A stretch of 64,000 nucleotides of DNA. Origin: Dictyostelium discoideum. Taxonomy: Eukaryota. Below the pieces are notes generated by a model that was not told the origin of the DNA, made no database searches, and worked only from the letters and a program-made list of their open reading frames with translations. The stretch lies in assembly GCA_000004695.1 (NCBI GenBank), contig CM000155.2, forward strand, positions 736,001 through 800,000. The letters run 5' to 3'. A program made the translations under genes and the position numbers. Shown in pieces: positions 26,390 to 38,829 of this stretch (its first letter is position 1; each line of letters starts with the position of its first letter).

Positions 26390-27299
26390 ATGAATAATGA
26401 TGCCGATATTCCAACTCTTTTTGAACATACCAGAATAGGAGGAACTGTTTCTATGGATAAATATAGTCAAATTTTAAACGATAATGGTAAATTATATTAA
26501 TTAAAATTTTTAAAAAAAAATAATAAATAATAAAAAAATAAAATTGTTTCTTTTTTTGTTTTGTTTTTGTTTTATTTTATTTTGTTTTAATTTTATATTT
26601 TACTTATAAATTAATTATTAATTTTTAATTATTTATTATATTTTTTTTTTCTTTTTTTTTTTTTTTTTTAAATATAAATTATTCTTAATTTTTTTTTTTT
26701 TAGAATCATATTTACAAGATTTCTCATTCAGTGCAAGTACAAATGTTCTCGTTGGAATTAATGGAAATCAACAAACATCATCATCAATCAATCCAGCACA
26801 ATTAAATATGTCACAATCACAACAACTTTTTCAACAATATTTTAATACAGCACCAACAACCAATACTCCATTAAATCAATCACAACAACAACAACAACAA
26901 ATTGCACAACTTCAAAGTCAAGTGCTACAACTAATACAACAACAACAACAACAATCACAATCAACACCAATTTCACCACCACAAAGTTTACCACAATATC
27001 AATCACAATCGTCACCAGCTCAACCACCAACAAACTATACTGATAATAGTTATAATGTACCATCACCAACACAAGATTTAATGTCATTATTTCAACAATC
27101 ACAAAATCAAAATCAAGTTCAACCATCTCCACAACTACTACTTCAAGCTTTACAACAACAACAACAAATTCAACTTCAACAACAATTACAACAACAACAA
27201 CAGCAACAACAACAAACTCAACAACAAAATGGTATTCCATCATTACAACAAATTCAACAACAAATTCAAGCATTCCAAGCACAAAATCAATTACCACTC

Positions 27300-27338
<39 letters not shown>

Positions 27339-30299
27339 ATACCAGATAATAGTAATAACAATAATAATAATAATAATTATAGTGTACCAAATTATTCACC
27401 AGTTACAAATTTGGATCATATACCATCATCCCCATTATCAAATAATTCAATTCCATCATCTCCATATCAAAATCCAAATGCACCATCATTACAAATTGAT
27501 GAGATTGCAATGAATAATTCATTACAAAAGTTTGCTCAAACCTATAATACTATTGAACATCAACAACAACAATTGATGTCACAACCATTACATAGAGTCA
27601 CTGGTAATCTAACAAACTCTATTGAAGAGGATGATGAGGATGATAATGGAAAATTAAAGAAAAAGAAATCCAAATCATCACCAATTCCAACCAGTAGTTC
27701 AGCCAAAGTGAGACCAACATCGAGTTCACCAGTTTCAAGCTCAAAAATGACTACCAAATCTAAAGAGTTGACACAAAAAGAAAAGAGTTCAGAAAAGGTT
27801 AGAAAAGCAATTGAAGAACATAAGAAAAGACTCTCTTTACCATACGATATCCCAACCATTGAATTTTTACCACGTGATTTAATTCCTGAGCCAAATTCAG
27901 TTACCAACAATCATATCATCACACCACCAACAGTCATTAAATTAAATTTACCACAAAGTAAAACCGATTTCTCAAACTACTGGGTCACAGCTCGTTTAAC
28001 TGAAAAAGATAAATTCAAAATCGATTATACCAAAGAACACTTTGAATGGGATGGTTATGCAACTTTTAACATTAAAATCGAGAAACCAAAGGGTAATGAA
28101 AAAACAGAATTCTTTAAAATTCGTTATGACCTCTTTTGTGAAGATCAAGATGGTAATCCATTGTATTTAGGAAACATTATCTCTGACCAAATTCGTTATT
28201 GTTATCATACAAGTTCATTACCAAATCCAAAGATCGAATTCATTTCACCATCAATGGTTAATCCATTGGCATTGGTTCCAAAGTTAGAATTAAATTCTTC
28301 ATTCTTTAAACATGGTGATGCCCATCCATTGGTGGTTTTATTCCTTGACAAACATGGTAAACAAGTTCTTCATCATCAAAGACCTGCCAAAAGTAATTGG
28401 ACCTCTGAATGGTCTATTAATATTGAAACTCCAGTTTTACCACCTGGTTCATATAGAGTTTTCGCTGTTTATTTAAAAAAGAATGAAGAAATTACTCCAT
28501 CATTAATTAATAATTTAAATCAAGATTTCTCTTGTATGATTTATTATTCTGATAATACAATTATTAATTCAACAAATTTAATTAATAATTTAAATAATAA
28601 TAATGGTAATGGTGGTGGTGGTGGTAATAATAATAATGGTAATAATAATAATAATGGTAATAATGATAATAATAATAATGGTAATAATGATAATAATAAT
28701 AATAATAATAATAATGGTAATAATGATAATTACTTTGGTGGTAATAATGGTGGTAATGATGGATTTAGTTTTAATAATTATTCATTAAATGTTAATGGTG
28801 GTAATAATATTTTTTATAAGATTTATATTGAAATTAGTAAATGTGAAGAATCTCAATTATCAAAATATGAAACCTATAGAAATATTACTAATGAAGTTAA
28901 TGGTGATTCATTGTTAATGTATTCAATTTTATCAAATGATTTATCAACATTTAAAAAGTTACTCTTATTAAAGACAAATATTGCCATCATGAATAATGCT
29001 CACTTTAATGCCTTACATTATGCAGCTTATTCTTCATTACAAAGAGAGGAATTCTTTGAAATATTAATTTCATCAAAAGATCATCATTCTGCAACTTCTT
29101 TAGAAACCTGTATAAACACTCCAAATCAAATTGGTAAATATGTCATTCATATGTTGGCCGAAATTAAAAATACAACTGCTATCATCAACTTATTGAATAG
29201 ATACCCAACCATGTTCAATATGGTTGATGCTCGTGGTTTCATCGCTTTACATTACTTTGTTATGCATCGTGAGGAAATGGGCTCTTGTAAATTAATTGAT
29301 TTCTGGGAAAATAATCTCTCAACAACTATTTCATCACCAAATACTGGTTTAACTTGCCAAACCTATAGCTCCGGTATGAATGTTTTACATTTAGCATGTG
29401 CAATGGGAAATGTAAAGATTGTAAATAGATTATTGAAAACTCGTGCTTTCGATTTATATCAACGTGACAACAAAGAGGAATTATGTATTCATAAAGCAAT
29501 TGGTAATCAAAAATTCGATGTCATTCGTTTACTTAAATTCATTGGCTTTGATATTAGTTTGGTTTTAGATGAAATAAAATCTGTTCAAGATGATCTCGAA
29601 TCCTATGATGAAGATGAATTAGCTTTCACAAGTAGATGTCAATTAGATTATATCACTAAATCTTATACTCAAATCACTCCAAGTATGAGAGAATCTTCAG
29701 TTAACTCTAATAATACTACTAGCAACACCAGCGATCCAACCGTTGAAGAGGATTTAATCAATAGATTAATTAAATTATCACATTCAGACTCATCATCTCA
29801 TACTCCATCATTATCACATTTACCAAAATTATCATCATCTTCCTCTTCAGATACTACAACTCATTTACTCTCAGAGTCACAATCTTCCACTGGTGGTAAT
29901 GTTACCTATACATTTGGTCATAGTACAAAGAAATTGGATGAAATTCTTGAAAAATTAGCCAACAAAATCAAAAAATTAGAAACTACCAATAAAACTTTGG
30001 AACAAAGAATTAGTCAACAAGAAGAGAAACAAAGAGATTCAAATGACCCAACTGATGAAACTTATTTAGATGCTATTAATATGTTTGTAAAAAACAACTC
30101 CAATCAAACCTATCAACGTATTGATAAGAAGACTGGTAAAACTGTTATACTCTCTTCTGAAAGTATGAATGCCTTTAAAGATAATTGTAAATTCCTTCCT
30201 TCAAATATTATTGGTAAAATTATTTCTTCCACTGAAAAAGATGATCAATTAATTGTTGATGTTGATTTCTATTTCGAAAATGAACAAGCTTTAGTTTAA
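26390..30299 (+). CDS. PolyQ-rich ankyrin-repeat protein with C-terminal coiled coil; 2-exon model (26390..26486, 26704..30299)
   Basis: The main ORF is 26808..30299. Its frame stays open upstream to acceptor ttttAG at 26702-03. Exon 1 reads MNNDADIPTLFEHTRIGGTVSMDKYSQILNDN, with donor GGTAAAT at 26487, and is phase-compatible. ANK-like motifs include NALHYAAYSS, GFIALHYFVMH, GMNVLHLACAMGNVKIVNRLL. Confidence 0.55.
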
Positions 30300-30881
30300 A
30301 ACTTTAAACAATAATATCTAAAAAACTAAAAAACTAAAAAAAAAACTAAAAAACTAAAAACTTTAAAAAAAAAATTCTCTATTACAAACTTTTTTTATTA
30401 AACATTTAAATAAATAAATTATTCACAAATTTAGTTTAAAAAATTTTATTTATAAATATTTATGATATGATTTTTTTTTATTTCTTTTTTTCAAGAAAAA
30501 ACTGTTTAAATAATCATTTGTAGATTTTTTTTTTATCTGGTTTTGGGGATGGTATTAAAAGAAAAAAAAATAAAAATAAAACAATGGTTTAAAATTTGAG
30601 TAAACTTAAAAAAATGGGTGGTAAATGGGTTATAATTCTAGGTTATATTTTTTATCATCATTATTTTTATTTATTTTTTATTTTTTATTTTTTTTTTTTT
30701 TATTATTGTACCACAAATTTCTTTTCTTTTTTTTTTTTTTTTTTAATATCCAGATTTATTGAAGTATTTTTTTAGCTGATATCTTCCATTGGACTAAAAG
30801 GAAAAAAAAAAAAAAAAAAAAAAATTAGTTTTTGTTTATGAGTTTGTATTTGTTTTTAGGAAAATAAAATATAAAAAAAAC

Positions 30882-31128
30882 TTACTCTTCATATTGAGAT
30901 AATTGACCTGTATTCTTTCCAGAAGCTAATTTCTTTAAATAATTATTACTTAATGAAATCTTTTCATCCATCTCTTTAATCTTTGATTCTAAACCAACAA
31001 TATTGTTGATATTACGATCCAAATCATTTAAGATAGTTGGACCACTAAAATCTTCAAAACATTCATCAAAAGTAACCATACCATCTTTTTGATTAATAGT
31101 TGCAAAAATTTCCCCTTCTTCAATCTAT

Positions 31129-31179
<51 letters not shown>

Positions 31180-32092
31180 TTATTTTTTTTTGTTAATTAA
31201 AATATAAAAAAAAAAAAAAAAAAAAAAACTATAATAAAAGTAATTAATACAAACCATCTTTAAAACGAATTGTTCAGCTTTTGCTTTTGGAAGAGAAACC
31301 TTTTCAGCAATATCATTAATTGAAAGAGTCATAAAAGTTTGAGTGAGTTTTTTGATATTTCTACGATAGGTTGATTTAATTGAAAGTTTAACTAAACCCC
31401 AGTTGCTATCCTTTTGGAAGAATTCAGCACCAGATGAAGCTTTATTCATAATATCATTTATATTACCATTTGAAAAGGATTGAACAAATTCTGTGTATGG
31501 TTTACAATGAGATTTAATATTTCTTTGAACAACTGCTGGTGTACATTTTGGGAAATGTTGAACTGAACCAAATTGAATTAAATATACAATTAAATATTTT
31601 TTATAAGCTTCAACTGTAATTGCACTTAATGCTGATGCTGGTGCAGTAATAACCTAATTTTAAAATTATTATTATTATTATTATCATTAATTATAAATAT
31701 AAATAAATAAATAATTAAATAATTACAAATTTAAAAGCTTCAATTGCTTTTTTATATTTCTTAAAAGCAGTGAAAATGATACCAGAATAGTAAAAGTAAC
31801 AAAGAATATCTTTGATGGCGATTGAAGATTGTTCTGGATTAATGTGAGTGATGTTACTTTCAATTAATGGGAGTGCTTGATGATAACATTTTGAAAGGAT
31901 ACAAAGTTGTAAAAAATCTGTATGAATTGGTGTAAGAGTGGTTGTTGGTTTATTATCGGATAAAATATTAAGTGCATCTTTGAGTACTGCAACACCTCTA
32001 ATTGGTTGCTTTAATTCATATAATGCTTCTGTATAAAATTTACTAAGTTGTGATACTAAAATTATGTTTAAATGAAAAGAATTAATTAATTA

Positions 32093-32186
<94 letters not shown>

Positions 32187-32622
32187 TTTTTTTTTTTTTT
32201 TAATTTACATACATTGAGCTGGTGCTAATCTAACTTGTTCAACATTACAATTTCTAAAGAAATTATTACATTGATCAATAAAAACAGAACGATTTTTACC
32301 TTGATCACTGCCTTTGGCTTTTCTATTTTAAGTGGCAATAATATGTGTGTGATTATTGGTTGTTAATATGGTGATGATAGTTGTATATTTTTATATTTGT
32401 ATATTTTATGATTTAATGATAGTTTGATTAGAATATTAATAATAATAAAAATAAAAATACAAACAATACTAAAAGTTGACCTAATGAATGATTTCTGACA
32501 TCAAGGGCGCCTAAAATATTATCTAATGAGACATGTTGTCTTTCGAGTTGTTCTTCATATTTTAATAAATTTTTTAAATTTTTTGGGTTTGGGTTTTGTG
32601 CATCTAATACAAATGAATCCAT
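30882..32622 (-). CDS. csn3: COP9 signalosome complex subunit 3 (CSN3, PCI domain), 5 exons: 32622..32465, 32322..32213, 32055..31727, 31653..31255, 31124..30882
   Basis: Matches to human COPS3, recalled from memory. LDNILGALDVRNHSLGQ aligns with LDTVLGALDVQEHSLGV. VFIDQCNNFFRNCNVEQVRLA aligns with [34 protein letters not shown]…LCYFYYSGIIF aligns with KQPLRGIGILKQAI…LCYYYYGGMIY. SNWGLVKLSIKSTYRRNIKKLTQTFMTLSINDIAEKV aligns with [55 protein letters not shown] aligns with [19 protein letters not shown]. The last four exon boundaries are GTATGT/GTAATT/GTTTGT donors with phase-consistent AG acceptors. The exon 1/2 junction (donor GTTTGT at 32464) is the least certain. Confidence 0.85.
32095..32186. 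repeat. (ATT)n/(TTA)n microsatellite in csn3 intron 2
   Basis: About 30 units, read directly. Confidence 0.95.
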
Positions 32623-32767
32623 TTTATGTGTATTAAAAACAAATACAAAATAGTTGAAATATTTGAAATTTTGGTTATTAATAAATTAAAAAATAAAAAA
32701 ATTAAAAAAAATTAAAAATAAAAAAAAAAAAAAATTAATTTCACAAAGCACAATTAAAAAAAAAAAT

Positions 32768-32800
<33 letters not shown>

Positions 32801-32934
32801 ATTGATTTGGAGGAAAAAAAAAAGAAAAAAAAAAAAAAAGATATTTTTGTATTTATTTTAAAAAAATAAATCCAAAAAAAAAAAAAAAAAAAAAGTAATA
32901 ATGAATAATATATAATTTTAATTATTTTATTTTT

Positions 32935-33522
32935 TTAATTTTGAATTTTATGTACTTGATCTTCCCAATTTCTACCATCAAAATTTGAAATTTTAATTTT
33001 GGTAATATCAAAATTATCCAAACAACGATAATTTACATCGATATCATTTGGATGACTTCTTGCGATATAATATGGGCAAATACCACAGGTAGAACTGAGA
33101 TATAGAAAAAAAAAAAAAAAAAAAAAAAATTAATTAGCAACTTTTTTTTTTTTTTTTTTTTTTTTTCTCACTTTTTATTGTCAACTTACCAAAAATAATG
33201 TTTTGCAATATGTGTATTAAAAGTATATAATGATAAATTATCTTCACCTTGCAATAATTTAAATTTATCTTTTGTAACAATTAAATGGATGATACCTTTT
33301 TTGGTACACATTGAACAATTACAATAAATTCCTTCACAATCTTTTGGTGCTACTGCTTCAAATCTAACTTTTCCACAATGACATCTATTTTTAAATAAAT
33401 TATCTAATTTTAGTTTGATTTTTTTTTTTTTTTTTTTATTTTAAAATTTGATTTTTATTTTTATTCTTCTTGAATTAATTAATTTACCCTCCAGTATGTG
33501 TAACTTCTTGTTGCTCTGACAT
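32935..33522 (-). CDS. GFA/CENP-V-family zinc-binding protein (~129 aa), 3 exons: 33522..33488, 33384..33190, 33094..32935
   Basis: Exon 1 reads MSEQQEVTHTG, donor GGTAAAT. Exon 2 reads (G)CHCGKVRFEAVAPKDCEGIYCNCSMCTKKGIIHLIVTKDKFKLLQGEDNLSLYTFNTHIAKHYF, with the two Cys clusters CxC…CxCxxC typical of GFA/CENP-V; donor GGTAAGT. Exon 3 reads CSTCGICPYYIARSHPNDIDVNYRCLDNFDITKIKISNFDGRNWEDQVHKIQN*. Splice phases are consistent. All exons are under 60 aa, so the gene is absent from the ORF track. Confidence 0.75.
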
Positions 33523-33717
33523 TTTTATTTGTTTTTTTTTTTGTTTTTTTTTTTTTTTTGGTATTGGAGAATTGATCAAAAAAATTAAAATGAAAATGAA
33601 AATGAAAATGAAAATTCGCAACTAAAAAAAAAAAAAAAAAAAAAATAAAAAATAAAATAAAATAAAATAAAAAAAAAAATAGAGAGAAGTTTCAGGGCAA
33701 ACTGAAATATCCTTTCT

Positions 33718-33756
<39 letters not shown>

Positions 33757-33783
33757 GGGGGGGTTTAACTTTAGTTAAATATT

Positions 33784-34335
33784 TTATTTTGATAAATATT
33801 CAGTTGAAGTAATAACTTTAGCAAAAGCAAATTGTAATGCAGCCATATAAGCAGTGTGAACTAATTTTGCGGGAGTAGTATTACCATTGAAAGTTAAATC
33901 ACGAGTGGCACAACAATCTTCTAAAACGGTGATATCAGACCAACCTAAATCTTTGGCACCTCTAGTTGCAGAATCAATACACATATGGGACATCATACCG
34001 GTGATAACCAATTCAGTGATATTATGTTTCTTTAAATGTGCTTCTAAACCAGTACCAATGAACGAATTGATAGCGGTTTTAACAAAGATTTCTTCACCTT
34101 CAATTGGTTTAACACCTTCATGAATTTCACAACCAACTGAACCATCTTCAAAGAATGGGCCACCTTTTGGGAAAACATGTTGAACATGACAAACTAATTG
34201 TTTCTTATTTCTAAAATCTTGTAAAACTAATTTAGTTCTTTCCATAGCTTCTTCAGATCCAACTAATTCAAATTTACCATTTTTAGTTTTAAAATAATCA
34301 TTTTGTTCATCAACAATAATTAAAGCTCTTGTCAT
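33784..34335 (-). CDS. Isochorismatase-family (cysteine hydrolase, YcaC-like) protein, ~183 aa
   Basis: MTRALIIVDEQNDYF is the D-x-Q-N-D-F isochorismatase motif. The catalytic-Cys region is ELVITGMMSHMCIDSATRGAKDLGW. The track ORF extends upstream through poly-T junk; the real start is probably the ATG at 34335. Confidence 0.8.
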   Translation of the reverse strand: MTRALIIVDEQNDYFKTKNGKFELVGSEEAMERTKLVLQDFRNKKQLVCHVQHVFPKGGPFFEDGSVGCEIHEGVKPIEGEEIFVKTAINSFIGTGLEAHLKKHNITELVITGMMSHMCIDSATRGAKDLGWSDITVLEDCCATRDLTFNGNTTPAKLVHTAYMAALQFAFAKVITSTEYLSK

Positions 34336-34746
34336 TCTTTTTATTTTTTTTATATATATATATATATATTTATTTATTTTTAAAAATTTAAAAATAAAAA
34401 AAAAAAAAAATAAAAAAAAAAAAAAAATAACCACTTCACTCGATGTTGCGGTGGTAAAAAAAAAAAAATTAAAAAATTAAAAAATAAAAATAAATTTAAA
34501 TTTAAATATCCGTAAGGTGAAAATAAGTTCGACATTGTTTTTTATTTGAAATTTTTAAAAATAAACCCCACCCTCGCCACAAATAATTTTTTTTTGGTTT
34601 TTTTCGATGTCACTGAAAAAAAAAAAAAAATAAAAAAAAAAAAAAAATGATCGCGTAAATTCCCAAACCCTTTTTTTTTTAAAAGACTCAGATATTTTCT
34701 AAATTTTTTTTTATTTTTATTTTTTTTTTTATTTTTTTTTTTATTT

Positions 34747-36090
34747 TTATATTATGATATTAACTTCTTTTAAAGCATCTAATGCCCATTGTGGACAATC
34801 ATTATTTGGATATTGTTTATTAATAAAAGATTTTACAAAATTTGGGAAAGTTTGATCAATGATTGATTGACGAATTTGAGACATTAAAGACATTTGGTAA
34901 TGAATATTATGAAAAGTGAGTAATTGACCACCAATTGCTTCTTTACCAGCTACAATATGTAAATAAGCTTTGGTGTAATTCTTACAAACCATACAAGTAC
35001 ATTCTGAATCGATTGGAGTGAAATCAAATGCATATTCTGATGATTTTAAATTTAAAGATCCAGAAGCGACCAAAGCAGTTCCAAATCTGGCAGTACGCGA
35101 TGGGAATACACAATCAAACATATCGACACCCAATGCTGAGCAAACCACCAAATCCAATGCGTAGCCGACACCCATGAGATAACGTGGTTTGTTCTCTGGT
35201 AGTTTTGAAGTGCATTGATGGACCACACGCCAAAACATGTCTTTTGATTCGCCGCCACTCAAGCCGCCAATGGCATAGCCAGGGAACTCTCTTGCCATCA
35301 ACCCCTCCATGCAGATATCACGCAATCTCGAGTCGAGGCCGCCCTGAACGATGGCGAAAATATTTTGAGTGTCTGGCTTCTTATGAGCTTTAATGCAACG
35401 ATCGATCCAACGCAATGTTCTATACATCGCTTGTTCCACTCTTGGTCCGACAGTAGTACTACTAACGACGTCGTCCAATGCCATCATAATATCAGCACCA
35501 ATTGAATTTTGGATACCCATTGACAGTTCGGGTGTGAGTACCATGGTCGAACCATCGTGTGGTGACTGGAATTGCACACCCTGCTCAGTGATTTCTGCAA
35601 GTTGTAATAATGATACCATTTGAAAACCACCTGAATCTGTTAACATTGCACGTGGGTAATTCATAAACTTGTGCAAGCCGCCCACCGAGTCCATAACCTC
35701 TGGTCCTGGACGATGTCCCAAATGATATGTGTTTCCCAAAACCACCCCACAATTCAAATCAACCAATTGCTGTGATGTCAATCCCTTCACTGTGCCTTGT
35801 GTACCCACTGGCATAAACATTGGTGTTGAACATTGGTGATGTGGTAATGTTAATTTAGCAGCTCTTGCTTTTCCCCATTTACCAACGATTTCAAATTGTA
35901 ATGGTGGTATGACTCCCTCGCCTGTTGGTGTTGGATATTTCACTCCTGATATAACAATATCCTCTTCAGTTTTAACATAAACATCATTTATATCTGTACT
36001 ATTATTTTTACTATATTTATTTTGATCATCATTATTATTATTATTTATATTTGTTGTTTTTATATTTTGTTCATCAATTGTGGTTGTCAT
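34747..36090 (-). CDS. qtrt1: Queuine tRNA-ribosyltransferase catalytic subunit (tRNA-guanine transglycosylase, QTRT1)
   Basis: Single 447-aa ORF. TPMFMPVGTQGTVKG, LGNTYHL, MLTDSGGFQMVSL, FAIVQGG, YAIGGLSGGE and the zinc site CTCMVCKNYTKAYLHHL-like (CxCxxC…H) are all hallmark TGT motifs. There is an N-terminal Asn-rich extension. Confidence 0.9.
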   Translation of the reverse strand: MTTTIDEQNIKTTNINNNNNDDQNKYSKNNSTDINDVYVKTEEDIVISGVKYPTPTGEGVIPPLQFEIVGKWGKARAAKLTLPHHQCSTPMFMPVGTQGTVKGLTSQQLVDLNCGVVLGNTYHLGHRPGPEVMDSVGGLHKFMNYPRAMLTDSGGFQMVSLLQLAEITEQGVQFQSPHDGSTMVLTPELSMGIQNSIGADIMMALDDVVSSTTVGPRVEQAMYRTLRWIDRCIKAHKKPDTQNIFAIVQGGLDSRLRDICMEGLMAREFPGYAIGGLSGGESKDMFWRVVHQCTSKLPENKPRYLMGVGYALDLVVCSALGVDMFDCVFPSRTARFGTALVASGSLNLKSSEYAFDFTPIDSECTCMVCKNYTKAYLHIVAGKEAIGGQLLTFHNIHYQMSLMSQIRQSIIDQTFPNFVKSFINKQYPNNDCPQWALDALKEVNIII

Positions 36091-36280
36091 ATTTTTTTTT
36101 TTTTTTTTAGTTTTTTTTAGTTTTTTTAAATTATTTTTTTTTTTTTTTATTTTTAAATATCGTTTTTTCTGCCAATTGAAAAAATTAGTTTTTTATTTTT
36201 TTTTTTTTTTTTTTTTTTTTTTTGAATTTTTTTTTTTTTTTTTGAATTTTTTTTTTTTTTATTTTTTTTTTTTTTTTTTT

Positions 36281-36323
<43 letters not shown>

Positions 36324-36985
36324 CTCTTTGTTGTTCACCTCATAATAAAAATAATAATAATTTAAAACATCACAATATATATACCCGTATATATTTACAA
36401 AAGGTTTGTTTTTCTTTTATTTCACTTTATGTCACTTTTTTTTTTGTTTTATATTTTTATTTAATTTTTTTTTTTTTTTTCAGGGAAAAAAAAAAATAAA
36501 ATAAAAATTAAATAAAATAAATAAAAATAATATACTGCCTTTAAATTATTCATTTGCTCGCCTATATAATCATTTTTCACTTTTTTTTTTTTTTTTATAT
36601 TTTTATTTTATTTTATTTTTTTGTTTTAAACTTCATTTCTTTCATTATTTTATTTTATTTATTTTTATTTTTTTTTTTTTTTTTCTGATCACACAAAATT
36701 TCCTTATAAAATCCCATTTTTATTTTTATTTTTTTTTTTAATTATTATTTTTAAAAATTTCAGTGTGATCATCATTTTTTTTTTTTTTTAAAAAAAAATA
36801 AAATAAAAAAAAAAATAAATAAAAATGAAAAAAAAAAAAAAAATTAAAAATTTATTAAAAAAGATAACAACCACAAACTTTTCTTTTTTTTTTTTCTTCA
36901 CTTTTTTTTTTTTTTTTTCTCTTCTCACATGCCATCACACCACACAAATTTATTTTATTAAAACTAAACTTAAACTAGTAACTAA

Positions 36986-37025
<40 letters not shown>

Positions 37026-37119
37026 CCTATAAAAAATAAAATTTTCATTGAACAAAAAAAGCCATTTTTATTTTTCAAAAATCTTTTAAAAATAGAATTA
37101 AATTTTAAAAAATAAAATC

Positions 37120-37150
<31 letters not shown>

Positions 37151-37357
37151 ATTTAGTAAATATACAACAAACCTTTGTAAAGAAATATAAAAAAACCCTT
37201 GTAGATAGTAATAATAAACCCCCAAAAATAATAATAATAAAAAAAACCAAATTCATTCATTTTTCAATTTTATAAAATTAAAAATCAAAATATATAATAA
37301 TTATAAACCAAAGAATAAAATAAAAAAAAACATATAATACAAAAAAAAAACATAGTA
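36091..37357. promoter_or_regulatory. Divergent intergenic/promoter region between qtrt1 (-) and ddx6 (+)
   Basis: 1.27 kb almost pure A/T, with very long poly-T/poly-A runs, between two divergently transcribed start codons. The poly-F track ORF 36080..36499 is an artefact of it. Confidence 0.4.
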
Positions 37358-38746
37358 ATGAATAGTCAACAAAATAAATTACCACAACAACCACAACAAC
37401 CACCAAGGTAAATAATTGAAAAACATCCCCTCTCTCTCCCCTCTTTCATATATTAATATATATATATATATATTAATAACAAATTCATTTAAATTTTTTA
37501 TTTTTTTTATTATTATTTTTATAGTTCAATTGTTGACGACGATAATTGGAAATCACAATTAAAATTACCACCAAGAGATGAAAGAAGACAAACAGAAGAT
37601 GTTACAGCAACAGAAGGTAATGATTTTGATGATTTACATTTGAAGAGAGATTTACTTAGAGGTATTTTTGAGAAAGGATATGTAAAGCCATCACCAATTC
37701 AAGAGAAGGCAATTCCAATTGCATTAGCAGGTAGAGATATTATGGCACGTGCAAAGAATGGTACAGGTAAGACAGCATCATTTTTAATTCCAGCATTAGA
37801 GAAAACAGATCCAACCAAGGATGTCATTCAAGTATTGATATTGGTACCAACCAGAGAGTTGGCCTTACAAACCAGTCAAGTATGTAAGGAGTTGGGTAAA
37901 TATATGAACGTTCAAGTTATGGCATCCACTGGTGGTACATCTCTCAAGGATGATATTATGCGTTTGTATAATCCAGTACATATTTTAGTGGCCACTCCAG
38001 GAAGAGTTCTTGATTTGGCTCAAAAGAATGTTGCAAATCTCTCCAATTGTCACACAATGATCATGGATGAAGCCGATAAACTATTGTCACAAGAATTCCA
38101 ACCATTGGTAGAACAATTGATCAATTTCCTCCCACAACAACGTCAAATCCTCTTGTTTTCTGCCACTTTTCCCGTCACTGTAAAGAGTTTCAAAGAACAC
38201 TACCTTCAACAAGCCTTTGAAATCAATCTTATGGAAGAGTTGACCTTGAAAGGTGTCACCCAATATTACGCCTTTGTCGAGGAACGTCAAAAGATTCATT
38301 GTCTCAATACTCTCTTCTCAAAGTTACAAATCAATCAATCCATCATCTTTTGTAACTCTGTCAATCGTGTAGAGTTATTGGCAAAGAAAATCACTGAACT
38401 CGGTTACAGTTGTTTCTTTATTCATGCTAAAATGGTTCAAGCTCATCGTAATCGTGTTTTCCATGACTTTAGAAATGGCGCTTGTCGTAATCTCGTCTCC
38501 TCTGATCTCTTCACTCGTGGTATCGATATTCAAGACGTTAATGTTGTCATCAATTTCGATTTCCCAAAACATTCTGAAACTTATCTCCATCGTATTGGTC
38601 GTTCAGGTCGTTTCGGTCATCTCGGTTTAGCCATTAATCTCATCACCTATGAAGATCGTTTCTCACTCTACAAAATTGAACAAGAATTAGGTACTGAAAT
38701 TAAACCAATTCCACCAGTTATTGATAAATCTTTATATGCTGCTTAA
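37358..38746 (+). CDS. ddx6: ATP-dependent RNA helicase DDX6/Dhh1/Me31B/p54 (DEAD-box), 2 exons: 37358..37407, 37525..38746
   Basis: Exon 1 reads [16 protein letters not shown], donor AG|GTAAAT at 37408. Acceptor tttatAG at 37523-24. Exon 2 reads [84 protein letters not shown]…DEAD…SAT…[10 protein letters not shown]…. It is near-identical over long stretches to yeast Dhh1 / human DDX6 (from memory). The track ORF starts at an internal TTG. Confidence 0.9.
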
Positions 38747-38768
38747 AAAAAAAAAAAAAAAACTAAAA

Positions 38769-38770
<2 letters not shown>

Positions 38771-38827
<57 letters not shown>
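38771..38827. repeat. (AAT)n microsatellite in ddx6 3' flank
   Basis: About 19 perfect units immediately after the stop codon. Confidence 0.9.

Positions 38828-38829
<2 letters not shown>

Noticed and set aside
26842-28788. ORFs 26842..27297 -, 27229..27513 +, 27560..27910 -, 28603..28788 +
   Set aside because: Same artefact: opposite-strand or alternate-frame translation of polyQ/polyN/poly-G/N repeats within the 26390..30299 gene.
33586-33612. (GAAAAT)4 tandem hexamer upstream of the GFA-like gene
   Set aside because: Short, and typical of AT-rich promoter slippage. Noted but not judged significant on its own.
36080-37115. Poly-Phe ORF 36080..36499 + and Lys/Phe ORF 36825..37115 +
   Set aside because: Translation of poly-T/poly-A promoter tracts between qtrt1 and ddx6. 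No complexity, no codon structure.
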